Shown here: piece by piece, positions 36,129-44,556 of the stretch
Position numbering within the stretch: position 1 is the stretch's first letter
How the letters are laid out: each line of letters begins with the position of its first letter
From: an uncultured Gemmatimonadota bacterium
GTDB lineage: Bacteria > Blakebacterota > Blakebacteria > Blakebacterales > Blakebacteraceae
Direction of reading: 5' to 3'
Assembly (NCBI GenBank): GCA_964576115.1
Contig: CAZNUA010000004.1
Coordinates: forward strand, 56,968 to 120,967
Length of the DNA stretch: 64,000 nucleotides
Made by a program: the position numbers and the translations under genes
Notes under the pieces: model-generated
Databases searched by the model: none
What the model was told of the DNA's origin: nothing
Seen by the model: only the letters and a program-made list of their open reading frames with translations

Positions 36129-36725
36129 ATGACCTGTCCGGTGCCCGACGACAGCACCGGGCGAGCCCGGCTGCTGGCCGATCTCGAACAGCAGGTCGCC
36201 CCCTGTCTCAAGTGTCCGTTGGGACAAACCCGGAACCGGCTCGTCTTCGGAACCGGCGCCCCCGACGCCGGGGTGATGTTCATCGGCGAGGCGCCGGGCC
36301 GCGACGAGGACGAGCAGGGGATACCGTTCGTGGGGCGGGCCGGGCAGCTGCTCACCAAAATTCTCGCCGCCATCGATTTCGAGCGCGAGGAGGTCTATAT
36401 CGGGAATATCCTGAAGTGCAGGCCCCCCGGTAACCGCGATCCCCAGGCGGCCGAGGTCGAGGCCTGCGAACCATACCTGCAGCGCCAGATCGAACTCATC
36501 CGGCCAGCGGTCATCTGCGCTCTGGGTCGTATCTCGGGCCAGACCCTGCTCCGGACCACCGCTACCCTGACCCGGTTGCGCGAAAAGGTGCACCGCTATC
36601 AGGGGCGGCCGCTCGTCGTGACCTATCACCCCGCCGCTCTGCTGCGCAATCCCCACTGGAAGCGACCGGCCTGGGAAGACGTGCAGCTCCTGCGCCGGAT
36701 CCACGACCAGGAGGTCGGTCGGTGA
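36129..36725 (+). CDS. Uracil-DNA glycosylase, family 4
   Basis: CLKCPLGQTRNRLVFGTGAPDAGVMFIGEAPGRDEDEQGIPFVGRAGQLL…NILKCRPPGNRDP matches the UDG family 4 (Thermus UdgA-type) motifs. The ORF itself stays open back to 35862, so an alternative start there would add about 90 low-complexity residues. Confidence 0.7.
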   Translation: MTCPVPDDSTGRARLLADLEQQVAPCLKCPLGQTRNRLVFGTGAPDAGVMFIGEAPGRDEDEQGIPFVGRAGQLLTKILAAIDFEREEVYIGNILKCRPPGNRDPQAAEVEACEPYLQRQIELIRPAVICALGRISGQTLLRTTATLTRLREKVHRYQGRPLVVTYHPAALLRNPHWKRPAWEDVQLLRRIHDQEVGR

Positions 36726-38092
36726 GCGCCGAGGCGAAAACCCGCGGAGACGGCCGCCTGCCCCCCCAGGCGGTCGAAGCCGAGCAGGCCGTCCTGGGAG
36801 CCATGATGCTGGGTGAGGAGGCCATCGGGCGGGTGGTCGAACAGCTCGACGAAACCTGTTTTTACCGCGACGCCAACCGGCGGGTGTTCGAAGCCATGGT
36901 GGCCCTGTACAGCCGGGGCGAGCCGGCCGACCTGGTCACGGTCCGCGAAGAACTCAAGAGCGCCGGGAACCTCGAAGCGGCGGGGGGGGAGATCTATCTG
37001 GCCGAACTGATCGACGAGGTCGGCACGGCCGCCAATGTCGAATACTACGCCCGGATTGTGCTCGAAGCGGCCATCAAACGAAAGATGATCAACGCCCTGA
37101 CGGGGGTGATCACCGACGCCTACGACAGCACCGAAGAGGCGGTCGGTCTGCTCGACCGGGCCGAGCAGACCATCTTCAGTCTCTCCGAACGCCGCCTGCG
37201 CAAGGGCGCTCTACCCCTGGAGCAGGTCCTGCACCGCACCTTCGAATTGATCGAGAAGGCCCACGAGCGCAAGGGGGGGCTCTCGGGGGTGCCGACCCGG
37301 TTCGACACGCTCGATGAGAAGCTGGCCGGGCTGCAGCCCTCGGATCTGATCATCCTGGCCGGTCGGCCCAGCATGGGGAAGACGGCCTTCGCCCTGAACG
37401 TGGCCCGCAACGTCGCGGTCGAAGAGGGCGTACCGGTGGCCTTCTTCAGCCTGGAGATGAGCGCCCACCAGCTCGCCCAGCGCATGCTCTGTTCCGAAGC
37501 CCGGCTCGACATTCACGCCGTGCGTACCGGGCGGCTGCCGACCACCGACTGGCAGAAGCTCTCGATGAGCGTCGGACGCCTGGCTGATGCGCCGATTTAC
37601 ATCGACGACACCGCCTCGCTCGGTATCCTCGAGTTCCGGGCCAAGGCCCGGCGCCTGAAAGCCGAACGGAACATCGGGCTGGTGATGGTCGATTACCTGC
37701 AGCTCATGATGGGACCGCGGGCCGAGAGCCGGCAGATCGAGATCACCATGATCAGCCGGGCTCTCAAGGCTCTGGCCAAGGAGCTCGATATTCCGGTCAT
37801 GGCGCTGAGCCAGCTCTCGCGGGCGGTCGAGACCCGCGGCGGCGACCGCCGCCCGCAGCTTTCCGATCTGCGCGAGTCGGGCGCCCTCGAGCAGGATGCC
37901 GACGTGGTTCTGTTCATGTACCGCGAGGAGTACTACAATCGCGAGAAACCCGAAGCCCAGGGGCGGGCCGAGGTCATTATCGGCAAGCAGCGCAACGGCC
38001 CCATCGGGACCATCCCACTAATCTTCCACTCCGAATACGCCCGTTTCGACACCATGGCTCCCGAAGCCGTCGCGGCCGAGACCCCTTTCTAA
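36722..38092 (+). CDS. dnaB: Replicative DNA helicase DnaB
   Basis: DnaB N-terminal domain (PQAVEAEQAVLGAMML), Walker A (GRPSMGKTAF) and the RecA-like C-terminus. Confidence 0.95.
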   Translation: MSAEAKTRGDGRLPPQAVEAEQAVLGAMMLGEEAIGRVVEQLDETCFYRDANRRVFEAMVALYSRGEPADLVTVREELKSAGNLEAAGGEIYLAELIDEVGTAANVEYYARIVLEAAIKRKMINALTGVITDAYDSTEEAVGLLDRAEQTIFSLSERRLRKGALPLEQVLHRTFELIEKAHERKGGLSGVPTRFDTLDEKLAGLQPSDLIILAGRPSMGKTAFALNVARNVAVEEGVPVAFFSLEMSAHQLAQRMLCSEARLDIHAVRTGRLPTTDWQKLSMSVGRLADAPIYIDDTASLGILEFRAKARRLKAERNIGLVMVDYLQLMMGPRAESRQIEITMISRALKALAKELDIPVMALSQLSRAVETRGGDRRPQLSDLRESGALEQDADVVLFMYREEYYNREKPEAQGRAEVIIGKQRNGPIGTIPLIFHSEYARFDTMAPEAVAAETPF

Positions 38093-38093
38093 G

Positions 38094-38888
38094 ATGAAGC
38101 TGCCCCGCGAGCCGGCCCTGATCAGAATCGTCGAATACGCCGGCGACCGCTTCATCCGTCTCTCGACCGCCGTGGGCCAGCTGGTCCTGCTCACCTTCGA
38201 AATGATCGGGCGGCTGCCTCAACTCCTGCGTACCCCCCGCATCCTGCTGGCCCAGATGGACGCCATCGGACTGCGCAGCCTGCCCCTGGTGATCTTCGCC
38301 AGCCTGTTCACCGGGGCTGTTTCGGCCGCCCAGGCCGGCTATCAGATGCAGGGGTATGCCCCTCCCTCGCTGGTCGGAGCGGCTGTGGGCAAGGCCGTGA
38401 TTCTCGAACTGGCCCCGGTGCTGGCCGCCCTGGTGGTGGCCGGCCGGGTCAGCACCTCGATCGCGGCCGAGCTGGGTACCATGCGGGTGACCGAGCAGAT
38501 CGACGCTCTGGAAACGATGGCCATCGATCCGGTCTGGTTCCTGGCTTCGCCCCGCTTCTTCGCCGGACTGCTGATGATGCCGCTGCTGGTCATCATCGCC
38601 AGCTTCGTCGCCATCATGGGCGGCTACGCCGTGGCTCATCTCGGGGTCGGGGTGTCCACGGCCACCTTCTTCAACGGGGTGAAGATGTTCTTCGAGGCCT
38701 ACGACGTGCTGGTCAACCAGATCAAGGCTTTCATCTTCGGGGGGGTGGTGTCCCTCTCGGGGGTGTTCTTCGGCTACCGCACGCGCGGCGGCGCCGAGGG
38801 GGTGGGGCAGTCCACCATCAACGCCATCGTGACCGCTTCGGTCCTGATTCTCGTCTTCGATTACATCATCGCCGAGGTGATGATCTGA
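38094..38888 (+). CDS. mlaE: MlaE-family ABC transporter permease (phospholipid/Mce-type)
   Basis: A permease of the YrbE/MlaE family (…LRTPRILLAQMDAIGLRSLPLV…). Confidence 0.85.
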   Translation: MKLPREPALIRIVEYAGDRFIRLSTAVGQLVLLTFEMIGRLPQLLRTPRILLAQMDAIGLRSLPLVIFASLFTGAVSAAQAGYQMQGYAPPSLVGAAVGKAVILELAPVLAALVVAGRVSTSIAAELGTMRVTEQIDALETMAIDPVWFLASPRFFAGLLMMPLLVIIASFVAIMGGYAVAHLGVGVSTATFFNGVKMFFEAYDVLVNQIKAFIFGGVVSLSGVFFGYRTRGGAEGVGQSTINAIVTASVLILVFDYIIAEVMI

Positions 38889-39682
38889 TGTCGTCCACCG
38901 ATCGTGCCTGCGACGAGAACGGGGTCGGCTGCAGCATCACGATCGAGGGGCTGCGCAAGAGCCTGGGAGGGCAGCCGGTTCTGCGCGACGTGAACCTGCG
39001 GATTCCACCGGGCGAAACGATCGGCATCGTCGGCCGTTCGGGGTGCGGCAAGAGCGTCCTGCTCAAGCATCTGATCGGCTTGATGTGGCCCGACGCCGGG
39101 CGGGTTCTGATAGACGGCCGCGATCTGGGTGAAATGGATCGCGAGGAACTGTACCGCACCCGTCACCGTTTCGGCATGCTTTTCCAGTCCGCAGCGCTCT
39201 TCGATTCGATGAATGTGGGCGAGAACATCGCTCTGGGCCTGGTGTACAATACCGACCGCACTCCCGAAGAGATCCACGACCGGGTGGCCTACTGCCTCGG
39301 TCAGGTGGGACTCTCGGGTCTGGAAACGAAGATGCCGAGCGAACTGAGCGGCGGGATGAAGAAGCGGGTCGGTCTGGCCCGGGCCATCGCTCTGGGTCCC
39401 GAAGTCATGCTCTTCGACGAGCCCACCACCGGTCTGGATCCGATCATGTCGGCCGTGATAGACGAAGTGATCGCCGAACTGGTCGAGAAGCTGCAGACCA
39501 CGGCGGTGGTGGTCACCCATGACATGCGGACCGTCACCACCATCTGTCATCGGGTCGCCTTCCTGCACCGGGGGGTGATCTTCGCCGAGGGCACGCCCGA
39601 GGAAATCACCCACTCGGAAGATCCGGTCGTGGCCCAGTTCATTTCAGGTTCGGCCGACGGGCCGATCAAGCCGCGACGCTGA
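38888..39682 (+). CDS. mlaF: MlaF-family ABC transporter ATP-binding protein
   Basis: Walker A (GRSGCGKS), ABC signature (LSGGMKKRV) and Walker B (LFDEPT). Confidence 0.85.
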   Translation: MSSTDRACDENGVGCSITIEGLRKSLGGQPVLRDVNLRIPPGETIGIVGRSGCGKSVLLKHLIGLMWPDAGRVLIDGRDLGEMDREELYRTRHRFGMLFQSAALFDSMNVGENIALGLVYNTDRTPEEIHDRVAYCLGQVGLSGLETKMPSELSGGMKKRVGLARAIALGPEVMLFDEPTTGLDPIMSAVIDEVIAELVEKLQTTAVVVTHDMRTVTTICHRVAFLHRGVIFAEGTPEEITHSEDPVVAQFISGSADGPIKPRR

Positions 39683-39795
39683 GAGATCCGCGCCGCCCGG
39701 CACCGGCTGGCATTTCCGCTTCTGGTGGTTATCTTTCGGTTCGCCGTTCCGGTCGCCTGCGGGTGGCCGACACCCACACCTGAGAGGAAAAGAGC

Positions 39796-40131
39796 GTGAC
39801 TGTCCTGATGTTTTCGCTGGCAGCGTTCCAGCAATCGGTTCCCGGCCAGGCCCAGCCCAATCCGTTCGGATTCCTGCTGCCCTTCATTCTGATTTTCGTC
39901 GTGTTCTATTTTCTGATCATGCGGCCGCAGAGCAAGCGCCAGAAGGAACACAAAGCCATGGTGGATGCCCTGCAGAAAGGTGACCGGGTCGTGACCGCCG
40001 GCGGTTTCCACGGTACGGTACAGGGGGTGGACTCCGAGGCCGAAACGGTCCAACTCGAGATCGCCGACCGGGTGCGGGTGACGGTCAGCCGGGGGAGCAT
40101 TTCACGGGTCGTCACCGACAAGGCGGAATAA
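39796..40131 (+). CDS. yajC: Preprotein translocase subunit YajC
   Basis: 111 aa with a single TM helix (LLPFILIFVVFYFLIMRPQSKRQKE) and a conserved C-terminal domain. Confidence 0.85.
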   Translation: MTVLMFSLAAFQQSVPGQAQPNPFGFLLPFILIFVVFYFLIMRPQSKRQKEHKAMVDALQKGDRVVTAGGFHGTVQGVDSEAETVQLEIADRVRVTVSRGSISRVVTDKAE

Positions 40132-40649
40132 TGTCCCTGATTCCGGTTCGGCTGTATGGCGATCCGGTGCTGCGCCGGCAGGCCGCGGCGGTGGACGAAG
40201 TCGATGACGATCTGGGCCGGCTGGCCGACGACATGATCGAAACGATGCGGGCCTCGGACGGCATCGGTCTGGCCGCCAACCAGGTCGGCGAACTGCGCCG
40301 GATCCTGGTGGTGAATTTCGATCTCGAGACGGGTGGGGAGGGGGCCACCGCTCTGATCAACCCCGAGATCACCGCCCGGGTCGGGACGATGCGTTCGATG
40401 GAGGGCTGTCTCTCGATCCCCGATGTCTGGGACGAGGTCGAACGCCAGGCCGAGATCGCCGTCACCTGGACCGACCCGCAGGGGCGGGAGCAGAACGCCG
40501 AAGCCGAGGGTCTGCACGCTGCGGTCGTTCAGCACGAGATCGACCACCTCAACGGAGTCCTCTTCATTGATCACCTGCCGGCGGTCAAAAGGATGATGCT
40601 GCGGTCAACCCTGAAGCAGATCGCCCGACGGGCGAAAGAGCGGATGTGA
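40131..40649 (+). CDS. def: Peptide deformylase
   Basis: Def motifs GIGLAANQVG, EGCLS and HEIDHLNG. Confidence 0.9.
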   Translation: MSLIPVRLYGDPVLRRQAAAVDEVDDDLGRLADDMIETMRASDGIGLAANQVGELRRILVVNFDLETGGEGATALINPEITARVGTMRSMEGCLSIPDVWDEVERQAEIAVTWTDPQGREQNAEAEGLHAAVVQHEIDHLNGVLFIDHLPAVKRMMLRSTLKQIARRAKERM

Positions 40650-41605
40650 GAACGGCCTTTCTCGGCAACGGTGTTTTCGGGCTGCCCGCTCTCGAAGCTC
40701 TGGCCCGATCGGGCCACGAACTGGCCGCCCTGGTGACCAGGCCCGATCGGGAGCAGGGACGGGGCCGCCGGCCGAGTCCGACTCTGACCAAGGTGCGGGC
40801 CGGCGAACTGGGTCTGCCGGTGGTCGAGATCGACGATCTCTCTTCGGCCGCAGCCGCCGAAGCCCTGGCGGCCCTCGAAGCCGAGATCTGGGCCGTGGTC
40901 GCTTTTCCGATCATTCCCGGCGAACTGCTCACCATCCCTCCCGCGGGGACCGTCAACCTGCACGCCTCGCTCCTGCCGCGCTACCGCGGTGCGGCCCCGG
41001 TGCAGTGGGCGCTGATCAACGGCGAGGAGACCACCGGAGTCACCACCTTTTTCATCGACGCCGGGATCGATACCGGCGCCATCTGTCTGCAGCGTGAGGT
41101 GGCCATCGCACCCGGGGAGAACGCCGGCGATCTGTCCGCCCGTCTGGCCCGTCTCGGGGCGGCACTGCTGCTCGAGACCCTCGACCGGGTCGAGGCCGGA
41201 ACGGCTCCCCGACGGCCGCAGAATACGGCTCTGGCCACCCCCGCTCCCCGCCTGCAGAAGAACGACGGAGAGATCGACTGGACCCTGCCCGCGGCCGCGA
41301 TAGCGAACCGCATCAGGGGCCTGACCCCCTGGCCGGGAGCCTTCACCTTTCTGGAGACCGAACGGCTGATGGTGCTCCAGGCCCGGGTGATCAGCGCGGA
41401 GCAACTCCCCTGGGAACGCGATCAGCTGCTGCGGCCCGGTACGCTGGGGGGCTTCGACGACGACGGTACGCCGGTGGTGAGCGCCGGCGACGGCTCGGGA
41501 GTGGCGCTCGTCAGCCTGCAGCGCGAGAGCCGGTCGGCGGCCCCGGGGGCCGATGTCATCCGCGGTCTGCGCTGCGAGTGCGGAGAATGCTTCGGTGACG
41601 ACTGA
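40646..41605 (+). CDS. fmt: Methionyl-tRNA formyltransferase
   Basis: A formyl-transferase N-domain (…SLLPRYRGAAPVQWAL) plus the C-terminal domain. Follows def. Confidence 0.9.
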   Translation: MRTAFLGNGVFGLPALEALARSGHELAALVTRPDREQGRGRRPSPTLTKVRAGELGLPVVEIDDLSSAAAAEALAALEAEIWAVVAFPIIPGELLTIPPAGTVNLHASLLPRYRGAAPVQWALINGEETTGVTTFFIDAGIDTGAICLQREVAIAPGENAGDLSARLARLGAALLLETLDRVEAGTAPRRPQNTALATPAPRLQKNDGEIDWTLPAAAIANRIRGLTPWPGAFTFLETERLMVLQARVISAEQLPWERDQLLRPGTLGGFDDDGTPVVSAGDGSGVALVSLQRESRSAAPGADVIRGLRCECGECFGDD

Positions 41606-42914
41606 CCCGGTCCGGGAACGGGCGGTCGGGATCCTCACTGCGGTCGAGAGCGGCACCTTCCTCAACCGGGCGCTCGAGTCTGAAGGCGACGTCTTCGGGG
41701 ACGGCTCGGCCGAGCGCGCCCGTCTGCACCGGCTGACCGCCGGGACCACCAAATTCCGGCTTCGACTCGATACCGAACTCGACCGGCGCCTGCCGCAGGG
41801 AGTGCGGAGCCTGCCCTCCGGGGTGCGGCAGATCCTCCGGCTGGCGCTCTACGAACTGCGCTTCGCCGGGGTGCCCGGCTACGCCGCCGTGAACGCGGCG
41901 ACCGAGCTGACCCGGCGGGCCGGATTTGCGGGTCTGACCGGGGTCGTCAACGGCGTTCTGCGCAATGCCGTGCGGACCGGGGAACCGGACCTGCCTCCCG
42001 AAGGGCTCGAACGGCTGGCCGTGACCGCCTCTCATCCCCGCTGGCTGCTCGAGGAGATCGCCGCCCGTTATGGTGTCGAAGCCGCAGCCGCATACGCCGA
42101 ATGGAACAATCAGCCGCCCCCTCTCTGGTTGCGGGTCAACGAGGCCGTGAGCGAGGTCGAGGAGGAACTGCAGGCTCTGCACCGGCTCGGAATCGAGGCC
42201 CGGGAGGAGGGACCTCTGCCCGGCTGGCTCACCTGCGACCCGGGTGCGCTGCCGACCATGCGGCCGGTTCTGGACTCGGGGCGCCTGCGGGTTCAGGATC
42301 CATCGGCCGCTCTGGCGGTGCTGGCCGCCGGCCCGGTCGAGAACCTGCTGCTGGCCGACATCTGTGCGGCTCCGGGGGGCAAATGCAGCCACCTGGCCGA
42401 GCGGGGGCGGGGCAGGGCGCGGGTCATCGCCACCGATGCCGATCCCGAGCGTTACCGGCGGCTCGCAGCCCTGGCCGCCACTCACGGCGGGCTGGGTCTC
42501 GAGATACAGGAGTGGGATCGGGTCATGGACCGCACGGGGGAGTTCGACCTCGTTCTGGTCGACGCCCCCTGCAGCAATACAGGCGTGCTCCGCCGCCGGG
42601 CCGACGCCCGCTGGCGTCTGGGGCCCGAAACGGCTCGCGAGATGGCGGCGGTACAGATTGATCTGCTGGAGCGGGCCGCGGAACTGCTCACGCCCGCAGG
42701 CGTACTCATCTACAGCACCTGCAGCGTCCTCGCAGGCGAGAACGAGGTGGTCGTGGAGCGCTTCCTGTCGCACCATACTGCTTTCATACCCGACGGAACG
42801 GGGCCATCTTTTCCGGCAGGCTTCGGTCTCGAACCAGGCCTGGCTCTTTCCCTGCCGTGGAAGCACGGCCTGGATGGAGCTTTTACGGCACGTCTGAAAC
42901 GAGCGGGAACCTGA
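41595..42914 (+). CDS. rsmB: 16S rRNA (cytosine-C5) methyltransferase RsmB/Sun
   Basis: An NusB-like N-terminus and a SAM-dependent methyltransferase domain (DICAAPGGKCSHLAE…VDAPCSNTGV). GTG start overlaps the end of fmt. Confidence 0.85.
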   Translation: MTTDPVRERAVGILTAVESGTFLNRALESEGDVFGDGSAERARLHRLTAGTTKFRLRLDTELDRRLPQGVRSLPSGVRQILRLALYELRFAGVPGYAAVNAATELTRRAGFAGLTGVVNGVLRNAVRTGEPDLPPEGLERLAVTASHPRWLLEEIAARYGVEAAAAYAEWNNQPPPLWLRVNEAVSEVEEELQALHRLGIEAREEGPLPGWLTCDPGALPTMRPVLDSGRLRVQDPSAALAVLAAGPVENLLLADICAAPGGKCSHLAERGRGRARVIATDADPERYRRLAALAATHGGLGLEIQEWDRVMDRTGEFDLVLVDAPCSNTGVLRRRADARWRLGPETAREMAAVQIDLLERAAELLTPAGVLIYSTCSVLAGENEVVVERFLSHHTAFIPDGTGPSFPAGFGLEPGLALSLPWKHGLDGAFTARLKRAGT

Positions 42915-42916
42915 GC

Positions 42917-43807
42917 ATGATCAAGCTGGCGCACAACCGGTCCGGCGCGGGGGACCTCACCCTCATTCTGAAGACCGTCGGACTGCTGATCATCCTGTTG
43001 TTCGTCGTCACTCTTTTCTTCGGCGGCGGTATCCTTCTTTTCGACCGGCTCATCATGCCGGCTTTCACCAACCTGGGGGCCGAGGTGGAACTGCCCGACA
43101 TCGTCGAGCAGGATTTTTATGCCGCCAAGAGCGACCTGGCCGAGCTCGGCCTCGAGCTGGAAAAGATCGAAGAGAACTTCCACGATTTCGTCGAAGAGGG
43201 CTACATCATCGAACAGACCCCGGCGCCCTTTACCCGGGTCAAACGGGGCCGGACGGTCGGGGCGGTGGTCAGCCGTGGGCCGCAGATGGTGATCATCCCC
43301 GACCTGACCCGCCTGACCAGCGACCAGGCCCGGACCCGCCTGCAGGAATTCCAGCTCCTGATCGGGTCGATCGACTACCGCCCCGATGACACCCCCGAGG
43401 GGACCGTCATCGAGCAGACCCCGGCCCAGGGGGTGACCACCCTGCGCAACACCCGGGTCAATCTGGTGGTCAGCACCGGGCCCGCCACCACCACCGTCAT
43501 GATCCCCCGGTTCGTGGATATGGGCCTGCGCGACGTTCTCGACCTGATCCGCGACGACCTCGACGGGCGGGTCTGGATCGAGTGGGAATTCGACGACTCG
43601 CAGATGAACATGACCGTCATCGAGCAGAGCCCCGAACCGGGAGTCGAGATCGAAGGCCGGCCGATCATCGATCTGCGGGTCGCCATCCGGACCGGATTCC
43701 AGCCCACCTCGGCCCACTTCGACACCACCGGCATAGGCGCTCCGCCCCCGTGGGTGCGACGTCTGGGTCAGAATCCTCCACCGGTCATTCCGCCGCCGGA
43801 ATTCTGA
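42917..43807 (+). CDS. Membrane-anchored PASTA-domain protein: a short cytoplasmic tail, one TM helix and three PASTA repeats, with no kinase or transpeptidase domain
   Basis: TM helix (LTLILKTVGLLIILLFVVTLFF), then three repeats of about 65 aa each carrying the PASTA signature (…IIEQTPAPFTRV…VVSRG, …VIEQTPAQGVTT…VVSTG, …VIEQSPEPGVEI…DLRV), and a Pro-rich tail. Confidence 0.75.
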   Translation: MIKLAHNRSGAGDLTLILKTVGLLIILLFVVTLFFGGGILLFDRLIMPAFTNLGAEVELPDIVEQDFYAAKSDLAELGLELEKIEENFHDFVEEGYIIEQTPAPFTRVKRGRTVGAVVSRGPQMVIIPDLTRLTSDQARTRLQEFQLLIGSIDYRPDDTPEGTVIEQTPAQGVTTLRNTRVNLVVSTGPATTTVMIPRFVDMGLRDVLDLIRDDLDGRVWIEWEFDDSQMNMTVIEQSPEPGVEIEGRPIIDLRVAIRTGFQPTSAHFDTTGIGAPPPWVRRLGQNPPPVIPPPEF

Positions 43808-44487
43808 TGGGCGTGCGTATCGCACCGAGCATTCTGGCCGCCGATTTCGCCCGGCTGGCAGAGGAGATCGCCCGGGTCGAGGCGGCCGGCGCCGACCTGA
43901 TACATCTCGACGTCATGGACGCCCATTTCGTGCCCAACCTGACCTTCGGCCCGATGGTCGTCGAGGCGGTCAGCCGGATGACAGACCTCGAGCGCGACAC
44001 GCACCTCATGATCAGCGACCCGGACCGCTACCTCGACCGCTTCATCGACGCCGGGGCTACCACCCTCAGCTTTCATCTCGAGGCCTTCGCCGACGACGAG
44101 CGGCAGCGTCGGACCGACGGAATCCTGCACCGGTTGGAGGAAGTCGGGGTGGGGCGGGGGATCGCGGTCAACCCCGACACCCCGATCGAGATCCTCGCGC
44201 CCTGGCTCGACCGGCTCGACCATGTCCTGATCATGACAGTCCATCCCGGTTTCGGCGGTCAGGTCCTGATACCGGAGTGTCTCGAGAAGATTCCAATGCT
44301 GCGGGACATGACCGCGGCCATCGATCACAGTGTCACGGTCGGGGTCGACGGCGGTGTAAACGATGACACCGCCGCTGATGTAATCGCCGCCGGAACCGAC
44401 ATTCTGGTCGCCGGTTCGGCCGTTTTCCGCTCTCCCGATCCCGCCGCTGCGGTCTCGCGACTGCGCCGGGCCGGCTCCACAGAGTGA
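43807..44487 (+). CDS. rpe: Ribulose-phosphate 3-epimerase
   Basis: MGVRIAPSILAADFARLAEEI…DVMDAHFVPNLTFGP; a TIM-barrel epimerase. Confidence 0.9.
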   Translation: MGVRIAPSILAADFARLAEEIARVEAAGADLIHLDVMDAHFVPNLTFGPMVVEAVSRMTDLERDTHLMISDPDRYLDRFIDAGATTLSFHLEAFADDERQRRTDGILHRLEEVGVGRGIAVNPDTPIEILAPWLDRLDHVLIMTVHPGFGGQVLIPECLEKIPMLRDMTAAIDHSVTVGVDGGVNDDTAADVIAAGTDILVAGSAVFRSPDPAAAVSRLRRAGSTE

Positions 44488-44556
44488 GCGTCCGGGAAAA
44501 AAGCGTATTGGAAACGGCGCCAATCTGCCTACATTAACAAATCTGTAGCCTCCATC

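Noticed and set aside
39683-39795. Possible terminator hairpin (gcccggcaccggctggc followed by a T-rich ttatctttcggtt) after mlaF
   Set aside because: The stem pairing is imperfect and the T-run is interrupted. It is too weak to call without a folding calculation.
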